Source: a virus
Strand: one strand, 5' to 3'
DNA length: 64,000 nt
IMG/VR virus record: IMGVR_UViG_3300025872_000051
Location: 12,162-76,161 of that record
In this document: positions 14,010 to 27,200 of the stretch, piece by piece
How the letters are laid out: each line of letters starts with the position of its first letter
How positions within the stretch are numbered: position 1 is the first letter of the stretch
Position numbers and translations under genes: made by a program
The notes under the pieces: generated by a model
Told to the model about the DNA's origin: nothing
What the model saw: only the letters and a program-made list of their open reading frames with translations
Database searches by the model: none

Positions 14010-14033
14010 TGAGTTTGAAGGTTTATTCAACTT

Positions 14034-14801
14034 ATGGCAAAAGGATTCACTGTAAAAGCAGCAGCACCAAAGAAATCCACTGAAGATTGGGATTATGATG
14101 CGATTAAAGAAAGAATGCGTGGAAAATCAATTGTATTCTGTCTTCCAGGTCGCGGGTGCTCGTTTATTTTTCTAAAGGCATTTGTACAACTTTGTTTTGA
14201 CATTGTACAAAATGGAATGAGTATTCAAATCTCTCAAGATTACTCATCAATGGTAAATTTTGCACGTTGTAAGTGTCTTGGTGCAAATGTACTTCGTGGT
14301 CCCAAGCAAGTTCCTTGGGACGGAAAACTAGAATATGATTATCAACTTTGGATTGATAGTGATATTGTTTTTGATTCTAACAAATTCTGGCAACTCTGTG
14401 ATCTTGCTTTTCCTGCTGAAGGAGAAGAACGTGAGGTTGCAGCAGGATGGTATGCTACAGAAGATGGTCACACAACCTCTGTCGCACACTGGTTAGAAGA
14501 AGATGATTTCCGTAAGAATGGTGGTGTGATGAATCACGAAACTGTGGAGAGCATCTCAAAGCGTCGTAAACCATTCACAGTTGACTACACTGGTTTTGGT
14601 TGGGTTCTTATTAAGAAAGGTGTCTTTGAGAATCTTGAGTATCCTTGGTTTGCTCCAAAGATGCAAGTTTTTGAATCCGGAGCTGTTCAGGATATGTGCG
14701 GTGAAGATGTTTCATTCTGTCTTGATGCAAAAGAAGCAGGATTTGAAATCTGGTGCGATCCTCGTATTAGAGTGGGTCATGAGAAAACTCGTATTATCTG
14801 A
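14034..14801 (+). CDS. glycosyltransferase-like protein (GT-A fold), conserved in T4-like cyanophages
   Basis: WIDSDIVF DxD motif, GFGWVLIK, GEDVSFC, RVGHEK. Confidence 0.75.
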   Translation: MAKGFTVKAAAPKKSTEDWDYDAIKERMRGKSIVFCLPGRGCSFIFLKAFVQLCFDIVQNGMSIQISQDYSSMVNFARCKCLGANVLRGPKQVPWDGKLEYDYQLWIDSDIVFDSNKFWQLCDLAFPAEGEEREVAAGWYATEDGHTTSVAHWLEEDDFRKNGGVMNHETVESISKRRKPFTVDYTGFGWVLIKKGVFENLEYPWFAPKMQVFESGAVQDMCGEDVSFCLDAKEAGFEIWCDPRIRVGHEKTRII

Positions 14802-14953
14802 TGGAAAGAACTTACAATCTTTTATATAAAGGTCGTAAAATTTATACAAATCTCACTACAGAAGAGTGTAGTGAGATTCTTCAAGATTTCTCTGAGCGTT
14901 ATTTCTCGGGAGAAGACATTGATCCTAATTTAATTGAACTGGAGGAAATTTAA
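14801..14953 (+). CDS. hypothetical protein (50 aa)
   Basis: Manually read ORF; TGATG-coupled. Confidence 0.65.
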   Translation: MERTYNLLYKGRKIYTNLTTEECSEILQDFSERYFSGEDIDPNLIELEEI

Positions 14954-14954
14954 A

Positions 14955-15095
14955 ATGGCTAAAGGTGGTAACAACAAGACTCTTTTTGAACCTGGAGCAC
15001 CAAAGAAAACCCGTCAAGGACGTTCTGCTCGCACACTACTAAGTGCAACCTCTCGTAATGGACGTAAAAAGAAGTACAGGGGACAAGGTAAGTAA
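14955..15095 (+). CDS. small basic protein (PKKTRQG...KKKYRGQGK)
   Basis: GGAGG RBS; conserved basic myovirus peptide signature. Confidence 0.75.
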   Translation: MAKGGNNKTLFEPGAPKKTRQGRSARTLLSATSRNGRKKKYRGQGK

Positions 15096-15697
15096 TGTCT
15101 TATTTCCTAGATGTCAACGAAGAATGGAATCAAATCAATCCTAAAGACATCTGGGCATACAATAAATTATCACTAAGTCGGATTTTGGAGTATAATTGTG
15201 GTCCTGCAGGAACCACAGTTCCAAAATCCGACTTTTATATTGTTCGTCCATGCATCAATTTAATGGGGATGGGACGTTTTGCTCGCAAAGAATGGATAGA
15301 AGACAAAACAGAACACTTTCATCCATCAGAATTTTGGTGCGAAATCTTTCAAGGACCTCATTTGAGTGTTGATTATCACGAAAAGAAGTCAAATTTGGTC
15401 GTTTTAGGTGAAAAGAACGCAGATGACCCCTACTACAAGTGGAGAAAATGGTCAAAAATTGAAGTTGAAGTTGATTTCCCTTCAATTTTGAATGATTTAG
15501 TTGGTAATTATGAGTGGATTAACTGTGAATTTATAGGAAATAAGTTAATAGAAGTTCAATTTCGCCAAAATCCAGATTTTCGTTATAATAATAGTGTTGC
15601 TATTCCAGTTTGGGATGAAAAAATAAATAAAAATATAAAAGATTATCGTTATATAGAAGATTTTGATTACTTAAGAAAAGGATTTTATGTTGATTAA
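15095..15697 (+). CDS. hypothetical protein (possibly ATP-grasp-like)
   Basis: ORF track; IVRP..N..GMG and NCEFI..KLIEV.FR.NPDF. Confidence 0.65.
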   Translation: MSYFLDVNEEWNQINPKDIWAYNKLSLSRILEYNCGPAGTTVPKSDFYIVRPCINLMGMGRFARKEWIEDKTEHFHPSEFWCEIFQGPHLSVDYHEKKSNLVVLGEKNADDPYYKWRKWSKIEVEVDFPSILNDLVGNYEWINCEFIGNKLIEVQFRQNPDFRYNNSVAIPVWDEKINKNIKDYRYIEDFDYLRKGFYVD

Positions 15698-15747
15698 GGG
15701 ATAGTAACCCCTTAAAAAGTTCTGATTTTATCAATCAGGAGTTAAAA

Positions 15748-15909
15748 ATGGAGCAAAAAATGCTTAGAGAGATCTTCAATGATGATCTAACACCAAAAAA
15801 GCATAATTTTCAAGTTCAAAATGAAATTCATGAGTTAATTCGTAATGATGATGACTATGATGATTGGGAATACGGTACAGAACCACTCTATGAATCAAAA
15901 AATCCCTAA
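15748..15909 (+). CDS. hypothetical protein (53 aa)
   Basis: AGGAG RBS; manually read ORF. Confidence 0.6.
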   Translation: MEQKMLREIFNDDLTPKKHNFQVQNEIHELIRNDDDYDDWEYGTEPLYESKNP

Positions 15910-15915
15910 TAAATA
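15909..15915 (+). promoter_or_regulatory. T4-type late promoter
   Basis: ATAAATA just upstream of gp25. Equivalent (A/C/G)TAAATA boxes at 30255, 39764, 42053, 47518, 50431, 52150, 54105, 55073, 57881 and 58885. Confidence 0.75.
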
Positions 15916-15935
15916 AGATAGAATTATATAAGTAA

Positions 15936-16337
15936 ATGCCTTTAGAAAGGGTAAGTAAAGGTTTTAAAGATATTAGTATGACCTTTCAGAGTAATCCTCT
16001 GAATGATGACTTGATTGCATTGAAAGATGCCTCTGCAATTGCAAGATCAGTGCGTAATATTGTCTTTACTTTGCCTGGAGAAAAGTTTTTTAATCCAACT
16101 TTTGGGTCAAAAGTCAGTAAATCATTATTTGAGAACATTGATGGAATTGCGGCATCTATATTAAATGATGAAATTCGTAATTCCATCATAAATTATGAAC
16201 CAAGAGTGTCTTTAATTGATGTGCAAACTGTTCCCGATTTTGACAATAATGCTTTTAATGTTACTATAATTTACAGAATAATAGGTATTGATGTTTCAGC
16301 ACAACAATTACAGTTCGTTTTGCAGTCAGTAAGATAA
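15936..16337 (+). CDS. gp25: baseplate wedge subunit gp25
   Basis: SVRNIVFT.PGEK.F.P.FGS and NYEPRV motifs; position before gp6. Confidence 0.92.
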   Translation: MPLERVSKGFKDISMTFQSNPLNDDLIALKDASAIARSVRNIVFTLPGEKFFNPTFGSKVSKSLFENIDGIAASILNDEIRNSIINYEPRVSLIDVQTVPDFDNNAFNVTIIYRIIGIDVSAQQLQFVLQSVR

Positions 16338-18266
16338 ATGCCATTAGCAAACTTCTCAAATCTGGACTTTGACCAGATTAAAACATCTCTAAAAGATTAC
16401 TTAAGATCCAACTCAAACTTCACTGATTATGACTTTGAGGGATCTAATCTTTCAACAATTCTTGATATTTTGGCATATAATACTTACATCACTTCATATA
16501 ATGCAAATATGGTTGCAAATGAAGTGTTTATTGACAGTGCAACATTAAGAGAAAATGTGGTTGCTCTCGCAAGAAACATAGGATATATACCAAAATCAAG
16601 AAAAGCAGCGATCGCAACTGTAACATTTTTTGTAAATACAAGCAATTTCCCACAAACTCCATCTTCATTAACTCTAAAAAAAGGAGTAGTTGCAAGTTCA
16701 TCCGGAAGTTTTGCCAATCAATCATTCATATTCTCAATTTTAGAGGATATTACAGTACCAGTAGTTAATAATATAGCTTCTTTTAATGATGTCAAGATCT
16801 ATGAGGGTGTTCTTTTAACATCTAACTTCACAGTTAATACAAATAATCCAAACCAAAGATTTATTTTGCCTAATCCCGGAGTTGATACATCTTTAATATC
16901 TGTAAGAGTGAGAGATATTCAAGGAGACACATCTTCAGTAAAGTATTCCCTTCAAGATAGTGTTTTTGGCGTAAATAAAGAATCTAAAGTTTATTATATA
17001 CAAGAAATAGAAGATGAAAGATATGAATTGATATTTGGTGACGGAGTTCTTTTTGGTAAAAAATTAGAAAATAATAATTATATTGAAGTTGATTATATTA
17101 TATCAAATGGTAGTAGTGGAAATGGTATAAGTCAATTTAATTTCTCTGGTAGATTAACTTATACAAAAAATGGTATAGAAAGTACAGTAACTTCTGGAAT
17201 ATCACTACTAACCACTGGCGTTTCATCTCAAGGTGGAGAAAACATAGAAACTGTAGAATCTATTAAGAGATATGCTCCAAGAATTTACGCTTCCCAAAAC
17301 AGGGCTCTGAGTGCAAATGATTATGAAACACTGATACCAAGTAAAATATACCCAGAAACAGAGTCAATATCAGTTTTTGGTGGAGAAGAATTGATTCCTC
17401 CACAATATGGAAAAGTTTTTATTAGTATAAAACCAAGAACTGGCGATTTTATTCCAAATTTAATAAAGCAAGACATTAAAAGGGAACTAAAAAAATACTC
17501 TGTTGCAGGAATTATTCCAGAAATTTTAGATCTAAAATATCTTTACATTGAAGTAGATTCAAAAATTTATTATAATACAAATCTGACTACAAGTTCTGCT
17601 TATGTTTCAAGTATTATTCAGGGAAATGCAAATAAATATGCAGAATCCTCAGATTTAAATAAGTATGGAGCAAGATTTAAATATAGTAAATTTCTTAAAA
17701 CTATAGATGATAGTCACGAATCAGTAACTTCAAATATTACAAAAATACAAATAAGAAGAGATCTTAGAGTTACATTAAATACATTTGCAGAATATCAGAT
17801 TGGATTTGGAAATGCATTCTATATTAAGAGTATGAGTGGATTCAATATCAAATCTTCTGGATTTAAAACTTCAGAATTTCAACAAACAGTATATCTTTCA
17901 GATATACCAGATAGTAATAGAATAACTGGATCAATATTTTTATTTTCAATTGAAAATGAGAATTCTACAGATTCCACAATCTTAAAGAGAAATGTTGGTA
18001 AAATTGACTATGAAAATGGAATAATTACTTTAAATCCGATTAATATAATCTCAGGAAAAGTAAAAAATGGACAATCAATCATTGAAATTTCCGCAATTCC
18101 AAAATCAAATGATGTTATTGGATTACAGGATTTATATTTGCAACTAGATATTAATAACAGTTCGTTTGAAATGATCCCAGATTCCATAGCATCTGGGGCA
18201 GATCCTTCACCATCTAATTACACTATAACTTCAAGTTACAGCAACGGAAACCTAGTAAGATCGTAA
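16338..18266 (+). CDS. gp6: baseplate wedge subunit gp6
   Basis: LDFDQIK..L...FTDYDFEGS; SQNRA....DY. Confidence 0.95.
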   Translation: MPLANFSNLDFDQIKTSLKDYLRSNSNFTDYDFEGSNLSTILDILAYNTYITSYNANMVANEVFIDSATLRENVVALARNIGYIPKSRKAAIATVTFFVNTSNFPQTPSSLTLKKGVVASSSGSFANQSFIFSILEDITVPVVNNIASFNDVKIYEGVLLTSNFTVNTNNPNQRFILPNPGVDTSLISVRVRDIQGDTSSVKYSLQDSVFGVNKESKVYYIQEIEDERYELIFGDGVLFGKKLENNNYIEVDYIISNGSSGNGISQFNFSGRLTYTKNGIESTVTSGISLLTTGVSSQGGENIETVESIKRYAPRIYASQNRALSANDYETLIPSKIYPETESISVFGGEELIPPQYGKVFISIKPRTGDFIPNLIKQDIKRELKKYSVAGIIPEILDLKYLYIEVDSKIYYNTNLTTSSAYVSSIIQGNANKYAESSDLNKYGARFKYSKFLKTIDDSHESVTSNITKIQIRRDLRVTLNTFAEYQIGFGNAFYIKSMSGFNIKSSGFKTSEFQQTVYLSDIPDSNRITGSIFLFSIENENSTDSTILKRNVGKIDYENGIITLNPINIISGKVKNGQSIIEISAIPKSNDVIGLQDLYLQLDINNSSFEMIPDSIASGADPSPSNYTITSSYSNGNLVRS

Positions 18267-18267
18267 A

Positions 18268-21200
18268 ATGACAGAAAATAGAATCAAATTTAATAATATA
18301 CTGCAAAATCAACTTCCTCAGTATGTTAGAGAAGAGTTTCCATTAGTTGCTGAATTTTTAAAGCAGTATTATGTTTCCAAGGAGTTTCAGAGTGCTCCTG
18401 ATGATATTATTCAGAATATAGATCGTTATATTAAATTAGATACAATAAAATCAAATCAAGATTCAACAGAACTAACTCAAGATGTTTCATTCTTAGATGA
18501 AACTATATTTGTATCCTCAACAATCGGATTTCCAGATTCTTATGGTTTGATTCAAATTGATGATGAAATTATCACATATACAGGAAAAACAAATACATCT
18601 TTTACTGGATGTATACGGGGATTTAGTGGTGTTACTTCTTATGATAATCCGAATCAACAGGATGAATTAACATTTAATTCATCGGAATCATCCGATCACA
18701 GTGAAAATACTTTAGTAATTAATTTAAGTTCTCTTTTCCTTAAAGAATTTTTTGATAAAATTAAATATCAGTTATCTCCAGGTTTTGAGAATAGGGAATT
18801 TTATAGTGGTCTTGACAAATATTTGTTTATTAAACAATCAAAGGATTTTTACTCAACAAGAGGAACAGATCTCTCATTTAAAATTTTATTTAAAGCCTTA
18901 TACGGAGAAGATGTTAAGGTTATAAAACCCCAAGATTACTTAATTAAACCTTCAGATGCTGAATATCAGATTACCAATGATTTAGTTGTTCTTCCCGTAT
19001 CTGGAGATCCTTATGATTTAGTTAGATCAACTCTTAGACAAGATGAGTATAATAATATTCCGACTGGATATGCTCCAATTTCAAAGGTCCAACAAATAAC
19101 ATCAAAATCTAACAAATCATATTATAAAATAAGTTTTGATGCTGGTTATAATAAAGATATTGGATTTGATGGATCTCTTTACGGGAATTTTTCAGTTCAT
19201 CCTAAAACTAGAAATATAGGAGAAATATCTTCTGGTGCAGATACTATTGATGTAGATTCAACAGTTGGATTTCCTTCTGAAGGTGAATTATCAGTAACTT
19301 ATGCCGATGGTACTGAAGGTATTATAACATACACCTCAAAGAATTTGAATCAATTTTTTGGATGTAGTAATATTTCAAATACAATATTAGATGCATCTGA
19401 TATATGGTTAAATGTTTTTGCATATGGAATATCTAATAAAAATTCAAACGAAACAATAAAAGTTAGAATTACTGCCGTCCTTAGAGACACAAATATTATA
19501 GGTGATACTTATTACCAAGGAGTCGGTGATAATGGAATAGTAAAAACACTTGGAGTAAATGATGAAAGTGTTGTTTATGATAATTGGTTCTATAATGTAT
19601 CAACAATTATTGATATTGATTCTGTAGAACTTGTTGATTCTTCAAACTTTACCTATTCATTAACTTCAAAAATAAATCATAATTTTAAGTTGGGAGATAC
19701 ATTAGAAATAACTTCAAGTGATTCTACAAAAATACTATCCACAGTAACAAGAATTAATTCTGATACAAATTTTGAAATAAGTGATCAGGGAACTCTTGGT
19801 GATGTGGAAGTTTTATATTACTCTGTTAGGAGAATACTGTCAAAAGCAACTTCTTCAAGTTATTCCACAATATCGAATCAGATTTCTAATGTTCAAAGTG
19901 TTTATAAAGACGGTCAAAAAACTTTAATAGCAGCATCTTCTTTACCTTATTATTATGAAACCCCATTAAATCCTTCAAACCGATCAGTAACATTTAATGT
20001 TGGTGTGGGAATTACTGATACATTTTTAATTCAGAATCACGGATTTTATACCGGAGATTCTGTTTACTATACCTCAAGTGAAAATATAGATGACGGTTCT
20101 TTATTTAATAATGGAGTTTATTTTGTATACAGAGTAACTAAAGACAAATTAAAATTTTCGCAAAGTAGATCAAATTTATATAATTCAATTTTTATAGAAG
20201 TAGAAAATATTTTAGAAGTAAAAAATAATAAAATACAGGATGTCAATTTACATTCAAAAAATTTAAGTTCACAAAATATTTTAAGAGAAATTTCTCCAAC
20301 AATAAATGATGGAAATGAATATGTTACAAATTCTGGTCATGTTGGATTATTAATTAATGGTGTTGAAATTTTAAATTATAAATCATCAGATAAAATTTAT
20401 TATGGTCCAATTGAAAGTATTGATATAGTTTCCGGTGGAGTAAATTATGATGTTATTAATCCGCCAGAATTAGTCATTTCAGATTCTGTTGGAACTGGAG
20501 CTACTGGATATTGTTCTGTACTTGGATCTTTGCAAGAGATTAAAATAATAGATCCGGGTTTTGATTACCTAGAAACTCCAACGATAAAGATCAGTGGTGG
20601 AAATGGAGAAGGAGCTAAAGCAAGTGCTTCATTAAAGTTAATTGATCATCAAGTTACGTTTAGTTCAGAATCTAAATCAAATCTAGTAAATATATCTAAT
20701 GATAGTATAGGATTTTCAACATATCATAAGTTTAGAAATGCTGAAAAAATAATTTATAAAACAAATGGGCAGCAGGCGATAGGAGGAATAGTAACTAATT
20801 CTTCTTACTACGTATCAATACCAGATTTGTATACAGTAAAATTACATAACACTTATGATGATGCCCTATCGGGAATTAATACCGTTTCTTTAACGTCATA
20901 TGGTAAAGGAAATCATGTTATTGAGGCATATATTAAAAAATCAGTAATATCTCAAATTAATGTAGAAGATTCTGGATCTGGTTATGAGAATAAAAGAAGA
21001 ACTACTGATACTACTGGGATAAGCACATCACTATGTCAAGTCAATATAAAAGACCATGACTTTAAATCAGGAGAGATTATTACATATTCAACTACTGGAA
21101 GTGCAATAGGAGGACTTCAAAATAACAAAAATTACTACATTACAAAAGTTGATAATGACAATTTTAAATTATCAACTGTTGGTATAAGTACTGGCAATGA

Positions 21201-24200
21201 AGATTTTTATTATAAAACTAAACAATATATACAATTTAGCTCTTTTGGAACAGGAACTCATACTTTCAATTATCCAAACATTTCAGTAGAAGTTATTGGT
21301 AAAGTTGGAACTTATTCCACAAATGACTTATTATTTAAAGCACAAATACAACCAATTTTTAGAGGAGAGATAACTTCTATACACTTAAAATCTGGTGGTA
21401 TTGGTTATGGTTCTTCGGAAGTTATTAATTTTAATAGGGAACCTTCTATAGATTTAAGTAGTGGATCAAATGCTCAGTTAATACCGATAATTAATAATGG
21501 AAAAATTGAAGAAGTATTTGTAAATAATCCCGGTCAAGATTATAATTCTCCACCAAGATTAAGAATTTTAACCGCAGGAAATGGTTCTGGGGCTATTTTA
21601 ACACCAATAATAGAGGATGGAGAAATTAAATCGGTTAAAATTGTAGAAAGTGGTGTTAGTTATGATAAAAATAATACTTCTATTGAGGTAACTTCTGCTG
21701 GCAATGGAGTAAAGTTTAGTACAAAATTAAAAACTTGGACTATTAATTTATTTGAAAGATATAAAAATAATTTCTTAAATGGATTAGATGATGGATTTAT
21801 TTACAATAATCCAAGATCAAAATATGGTCTACAATATAGTCATTTATATGCACCAAGAAAATTAAGAGAATCTGTATATGGAAAGGATTCTTTAGGAAAA
21901 ACATTTTACGAATTTTCAGATCTAAAGAAAGTTAATGGTAGTGAGGTAAATTCAGATAAACATTCACCTATTATTGGATGGGCTTATGATGGGAATCCAA
22001 TATATGGCCCATATGGATATGAGAAAAAAGATGGAACTGGAAATATAGTACAATTAAAATCCGGGTATTCCACTAAGACGGGAACAAATCTATTAAAAAA
22101 TAGACCACCATTGAATATTTTTCCCTCAGGATTTTTTATAGAGGATTATGAATTTAAAAATAAAGATAGTGAAAATATTTTAGATGAGTATAATGGAAGA
22201 TTTTGCATAACTCCAGAATTCCCAAATGGAACTTATGCATATTTCTCAACTTTTGAAGAAACCTCTTCAAATAATTTTTCAAAATATAAACTACCCAAAT
22301 TTCCGTATATTATAGGAAATAAATTTAGATCAAAACCAAATGATTTTAATTATAAGAGATCATCAAATCAAAATGATATTGATTTAAATAATACAAATTG
22401 GATAAGAAATACTAAACCATATAATTTACTTGAGAAGTATTCATCTTATTCATATCTATCTCTGCCCAATTCATTAAATCAAACTATTGATATTAAATCA
22501 ATTTCTCCTGGTTATGTAGAAACTATTGAAATAATATCTGGGGGAAATAATTATAAAGTAAATGACAATATTATTTTTGATAATGAGGGGACTGGTGGTT
22601 TTGGATTATTTTCAAAAGTATCAAGAATAGCAGGTAAAACTATTAACACTATAAGTGTTGCAAGTAGTAGTATTTTTAATACAGAAATTTATAAAAATGG
22701 ATTTGAAACTATAGTCCAATCTTCTTCTCCACATAATTTATTGAATCAAGACATTGTTTCTATATCTGGATTAAATACAACTTCTTCTCTTTTAAATGGA
22801 TTTTATAATATTAATGTAAGGTCAAATACTCTTGCAATTTCAAGTCCATCTGGAATTAGCAGCTCTTTAACTACTGGAATAGTAACTTTTATTTCTGTTT
22901 TCGGAAATATATCAGCAGTATCTGTAAATGATATCTATAAAGTTGGAGATGAAAAAGTTAAGGTACTCAATATTGATAAAGATTCTTCTAGAATTAGAGT
23001 TTTAAGAGGTATTGACAATACTGTAGGTACATCTCACAGTTATACGGATATTTTATATGAGATTCCAAGAAGGTTTTCTATTAATTCTACGATTGATTTA
23101 CCGCATCCATCCAATAAACAAATATATTTTATCCCCAACGAATCTCTTGGAATTGGAACTGTTTCTGGGGTAGGAATAGGAACTACTATTAAATTTTCAA
23201 ATCCCGGAGTTGGAATAACTCAAATTTTTATTCCGACAAGATCAATATATTTACCAAATCATAATTTAAATACTGGAGATGAAATAATATATTCATCTAA
23301 TGGAGGAACTGAAATTTCAATTTCAATTGATGGAATTACTTCATTATCTTTACAGAATGATGAAAGATTGTATGCGGCAAAAATTTCAAACGATTTAATA
23401 GGAATATCAACAGTAAAAGTTGGTATTGGTACAACAGGATCTTTCGTTGGAATTGGAAGTACTTTAAGTTCATCAAGATTATTATATTTAACTGGTATAG
23501 GAACAGGACTATATCATTCATTTACTACTAACTATCAAACTTTATCCGGAAAAGTTTTAAAAAATATAGTAACAGTTTCAACCGCAGAAACTCATGGATT
23601 GACAAATAATGATGTTGTTTATATGAATGTCAATCCTGGTATTTCTACAACATATGTAATTAAATATAACGATTACAACAGAAAATTATTGGTAAATCCA
23701 AGAGAATTTGAGTCAACACAAGTTAATATTGATACTGATTTAGTTAATATTCCAAATCATAATTTTAAAAATGGTCAAAAGGTTGTTTATACTCAAACAT
23801 CATCATTTAATGGTTTAACGAATAATAAAATTTATTATGTTGTTGTATATGATGAGAATAATATCAGATTATCTTCTTCATATTATTCCTCAAAATCTCT
23901 ATATCCAGAAATTGTAGGTATAACTTCTACTCATGGGGGAATATTATCTCCAATAAATCCTCAAATTAAAGCTTATAAAGATTCAACTATAGTTTTTGAT
24001 GTTTCAGATCCTACACTTTCATACGTCACAAATTCTGAAATTTATTCAGCATTTAAACTTGATTTTTATCAAGATTCTAACTTTACACAAATTTTCGAGA
24101 GTACCAAAAAAGATGATACTTTTGAAGTTAGAAGAGAAGGAATTGTTGGAACATCAAATGCAAAAGTTTATTTAACTATTAATCAAGATATTCCCGAAAA

Positions 24201-27200
24201 ACTATATTATAAATTAAATCCCATTTACAACAGCACTTTACCTAAGGTAAAGCAAGAAATAAATGTAGATAATGAAATAGAATTTAATAATCAAATTGAA
24301 GTTGTTTCAAGTAAATATAATGGAAAGCATACTATTGTTAGCATTTCATCCTCTTCATTTACTTACAGTTTACCAGACATTCCTGAAAAAAATTCATATG
24401 ATTCATCTTCTAGTTTAAGTTATGAAACAACATCTTTGAGTGCTTTTGGACCTATTTCCAAAATTGACATTTCATCAAAAGGTCAAAATTATAAAAATCA
24501 ACCAAAATTTTTAAATATTTTATCCGAAAGTGGAAGTAATGCTATTTTAGAGTCATTTGGAAAATCAATAGGAAAAATAAAGAAAACGGAAATTAATGAT
24601 ATTGGTTTTGATTTTTCTTCAGATTTTACAGTTAAGCCATCACTTTCTTTACCACAGATTTTAAAAATTGAACCCCTTAATTCCATAGAATCAATAAGAA
24701 TAGAATTTAATGGTAGAGGTTATTTAGTTCCACCAAAACTGATAGTAATTGATGGATTTACGGAAGATGTTTTATCTGAAGTTGATCTAAAATATTCTCT
24801 TGGTGATAATTATGTTACGATATTAAACAATACTTATCGTCTTAATGACGTAGAACCAACCATACTACCATTACAAAATTCAAATGGTGTTCCAATTGAT
24901 ACTATTGAATATGACTCAATTACCAAAGATGTTATAGTAACATTAGCAGTTGGATTTAGTACAGGTAATACATTCCCATTTGTTATTGGTGATGAAGTAT
25001 TGATTGAAAGCGTAAGTATAGGTGCTGGTTCAACCGGTAAAGGATATAACTCAGAAAATTATAACTATAAGTTATTTACAGTTACTTCAACTGATGAAAA
25101 TATTGGAGGAATTGGGTCTGTAACTTATAATATGTCAGAATTTTTAGGTGGTGGGGAAGAACCTGGAATTTTTGATGCCTCCAATTCTTCCGCAGCAAGA
25201 ATTATTCCCAAAAAATATTTCCCAACATTTAAAACCACATTATCTCCAAATAATTTCTTAGAAAAAGAATCTGTTAAGTATGTCGGAGAATCAGATATAT
25301 TAGGTTTAGTTGAAAATTGGGACGAAAAAACAAAATATTTGAGAGTTTCTTCTAGAAAAACTTTGAAAGAAGGTAAAACAATACAAGGAGTATCTTCAAA
25401 GACTCAAGGTATAATAAATTCTTCTTATTCCACGGAAGCATTCTTTGATGTTGGAAGTTATTCAAAAGTTGAAAGTGGGTGGATTACAGATACTGGCATA
25501 TTAAATACCGAATTGCAAAGAATTCAGGATAGTTTTTATTACCAAAACTTCTCATATTCATTAAGTTCAAGAGTTCCTTACGATACTTGGGATAATGCTG
25601 TAGGGTCTTTAAATCACACTGCAGGATTTAAAAAATTTAGTGATTATCAACTAGAATCTTCAAGTTATGCTGGTATAAAAACCGACACGACTAGAAATGT
25701 AGATGTGACTGTTGATATTGATGGATTTGGAAGTTTAAATTGCACATATGATTTTGATTTGGCAAGTGAAAACGCTTTATTTGTTGGTCAAAATGTTATA
25801 TCCGATGAAATAACATTTTCTAGCAGGATACTTACCGATTATTATGAATCAGTAAGTAATAGAGTTTTAACAATTGATGACATTAGCGGACAGTTTAATA
25901 GCAATCCAAGGTCAACTCGTTACTCAATTGTCCATAGATTTCCTTTAACTGATGCGAGGGCTCAAAAATATGTTTCTTATGTAAATGATAGGAGATTTAC
26001 AAAGCAAAGACAAGTGATGATCTTTACTTTACTCCATGATAATGTTGATGGATATCTAAATCAGTATGGAAGAGTAGAAACTGTAAACGAATTGGGTACA
26101 TTTGATTTTACAATTGAAGGTAATGAAGGATTAATATTATTCTATCCACAAAAATATAGAGTAAATGATTATAATATAACCACACTTTCTTATAACATAA
26201 AAGATGATTTTACTGGAATTGGAAGCACTAATCTTGGTGGAATTATTGATTTATATACAAAAACAACTTCATCTTCTTCGTCACAAACAAATATAGTTTC
26301 AATAGGAAAAACGTATACTTCTGCAAAAGTATTGCTAGAAATTTCATCAGATGATAATCAGTATCAATTTGACGAATTAAATATTGTCCATGATAATACA
26401 AATATAGAATTCATTTCCTATGGACAACTAACAAACCATTCTGTGGATTCTTTTTCAAGTTCTGGATTGGGTACATATTATCCATATTTTTCTGGAGATA
26501 CTTTAAATATTGATTTTATTCCTAATCCAGGAATTGCTGCTTCTGTAAGTACTATACAGGTAGCAATTTCAGATAATTCTAGAACAGGTATTGGAACTTT
26601 TGATTTGAAATATGTTAGGTTGGAAGCAAGAACTACATCAATAGGATCTTCAACTTCTCCAGTATCAACACAAGTTGGAAAGTATCTTAATAGTTATTAT
26701 GGTTCATATTTTATAGTTCAAATTTCAGATTTAACTAATAACAGATATCAATTATCAGAAGTTGTTGTTGTTGATGATGGTACTAATGCATATTTTACAG
26801 AATATGCCAATATAGAAACTTATTCAACACTTGGAGAAATAGGGGCAGCAAAAACCACGGGATATACTGAATTAACTTTTACACCATTACCAAATATTGA
26901 TGTTGAAGTAAAAGTTCTGTCTCATACATTAACTTCATATGATTCATCAAATTTGCCTACTCAGTATAATAATAACACTTTAACATCTGACTATGGAATT
27001 TATTATGGAACAGAAAGAGATGTTAGAAGATCATTTGAACTTAAACATAAAGGGGATCCAATATTCCAGAAATACTTTGATGCTTCCGATTCTAACATAG
27101 TAAGTATCGGATCAAGCACTATAAAAATAAAAAATCATTTCCTGACAACTGGAGAAAAAGTTATTTACACACCAGGAGACATCTCTGGAATTTCTTCTGC

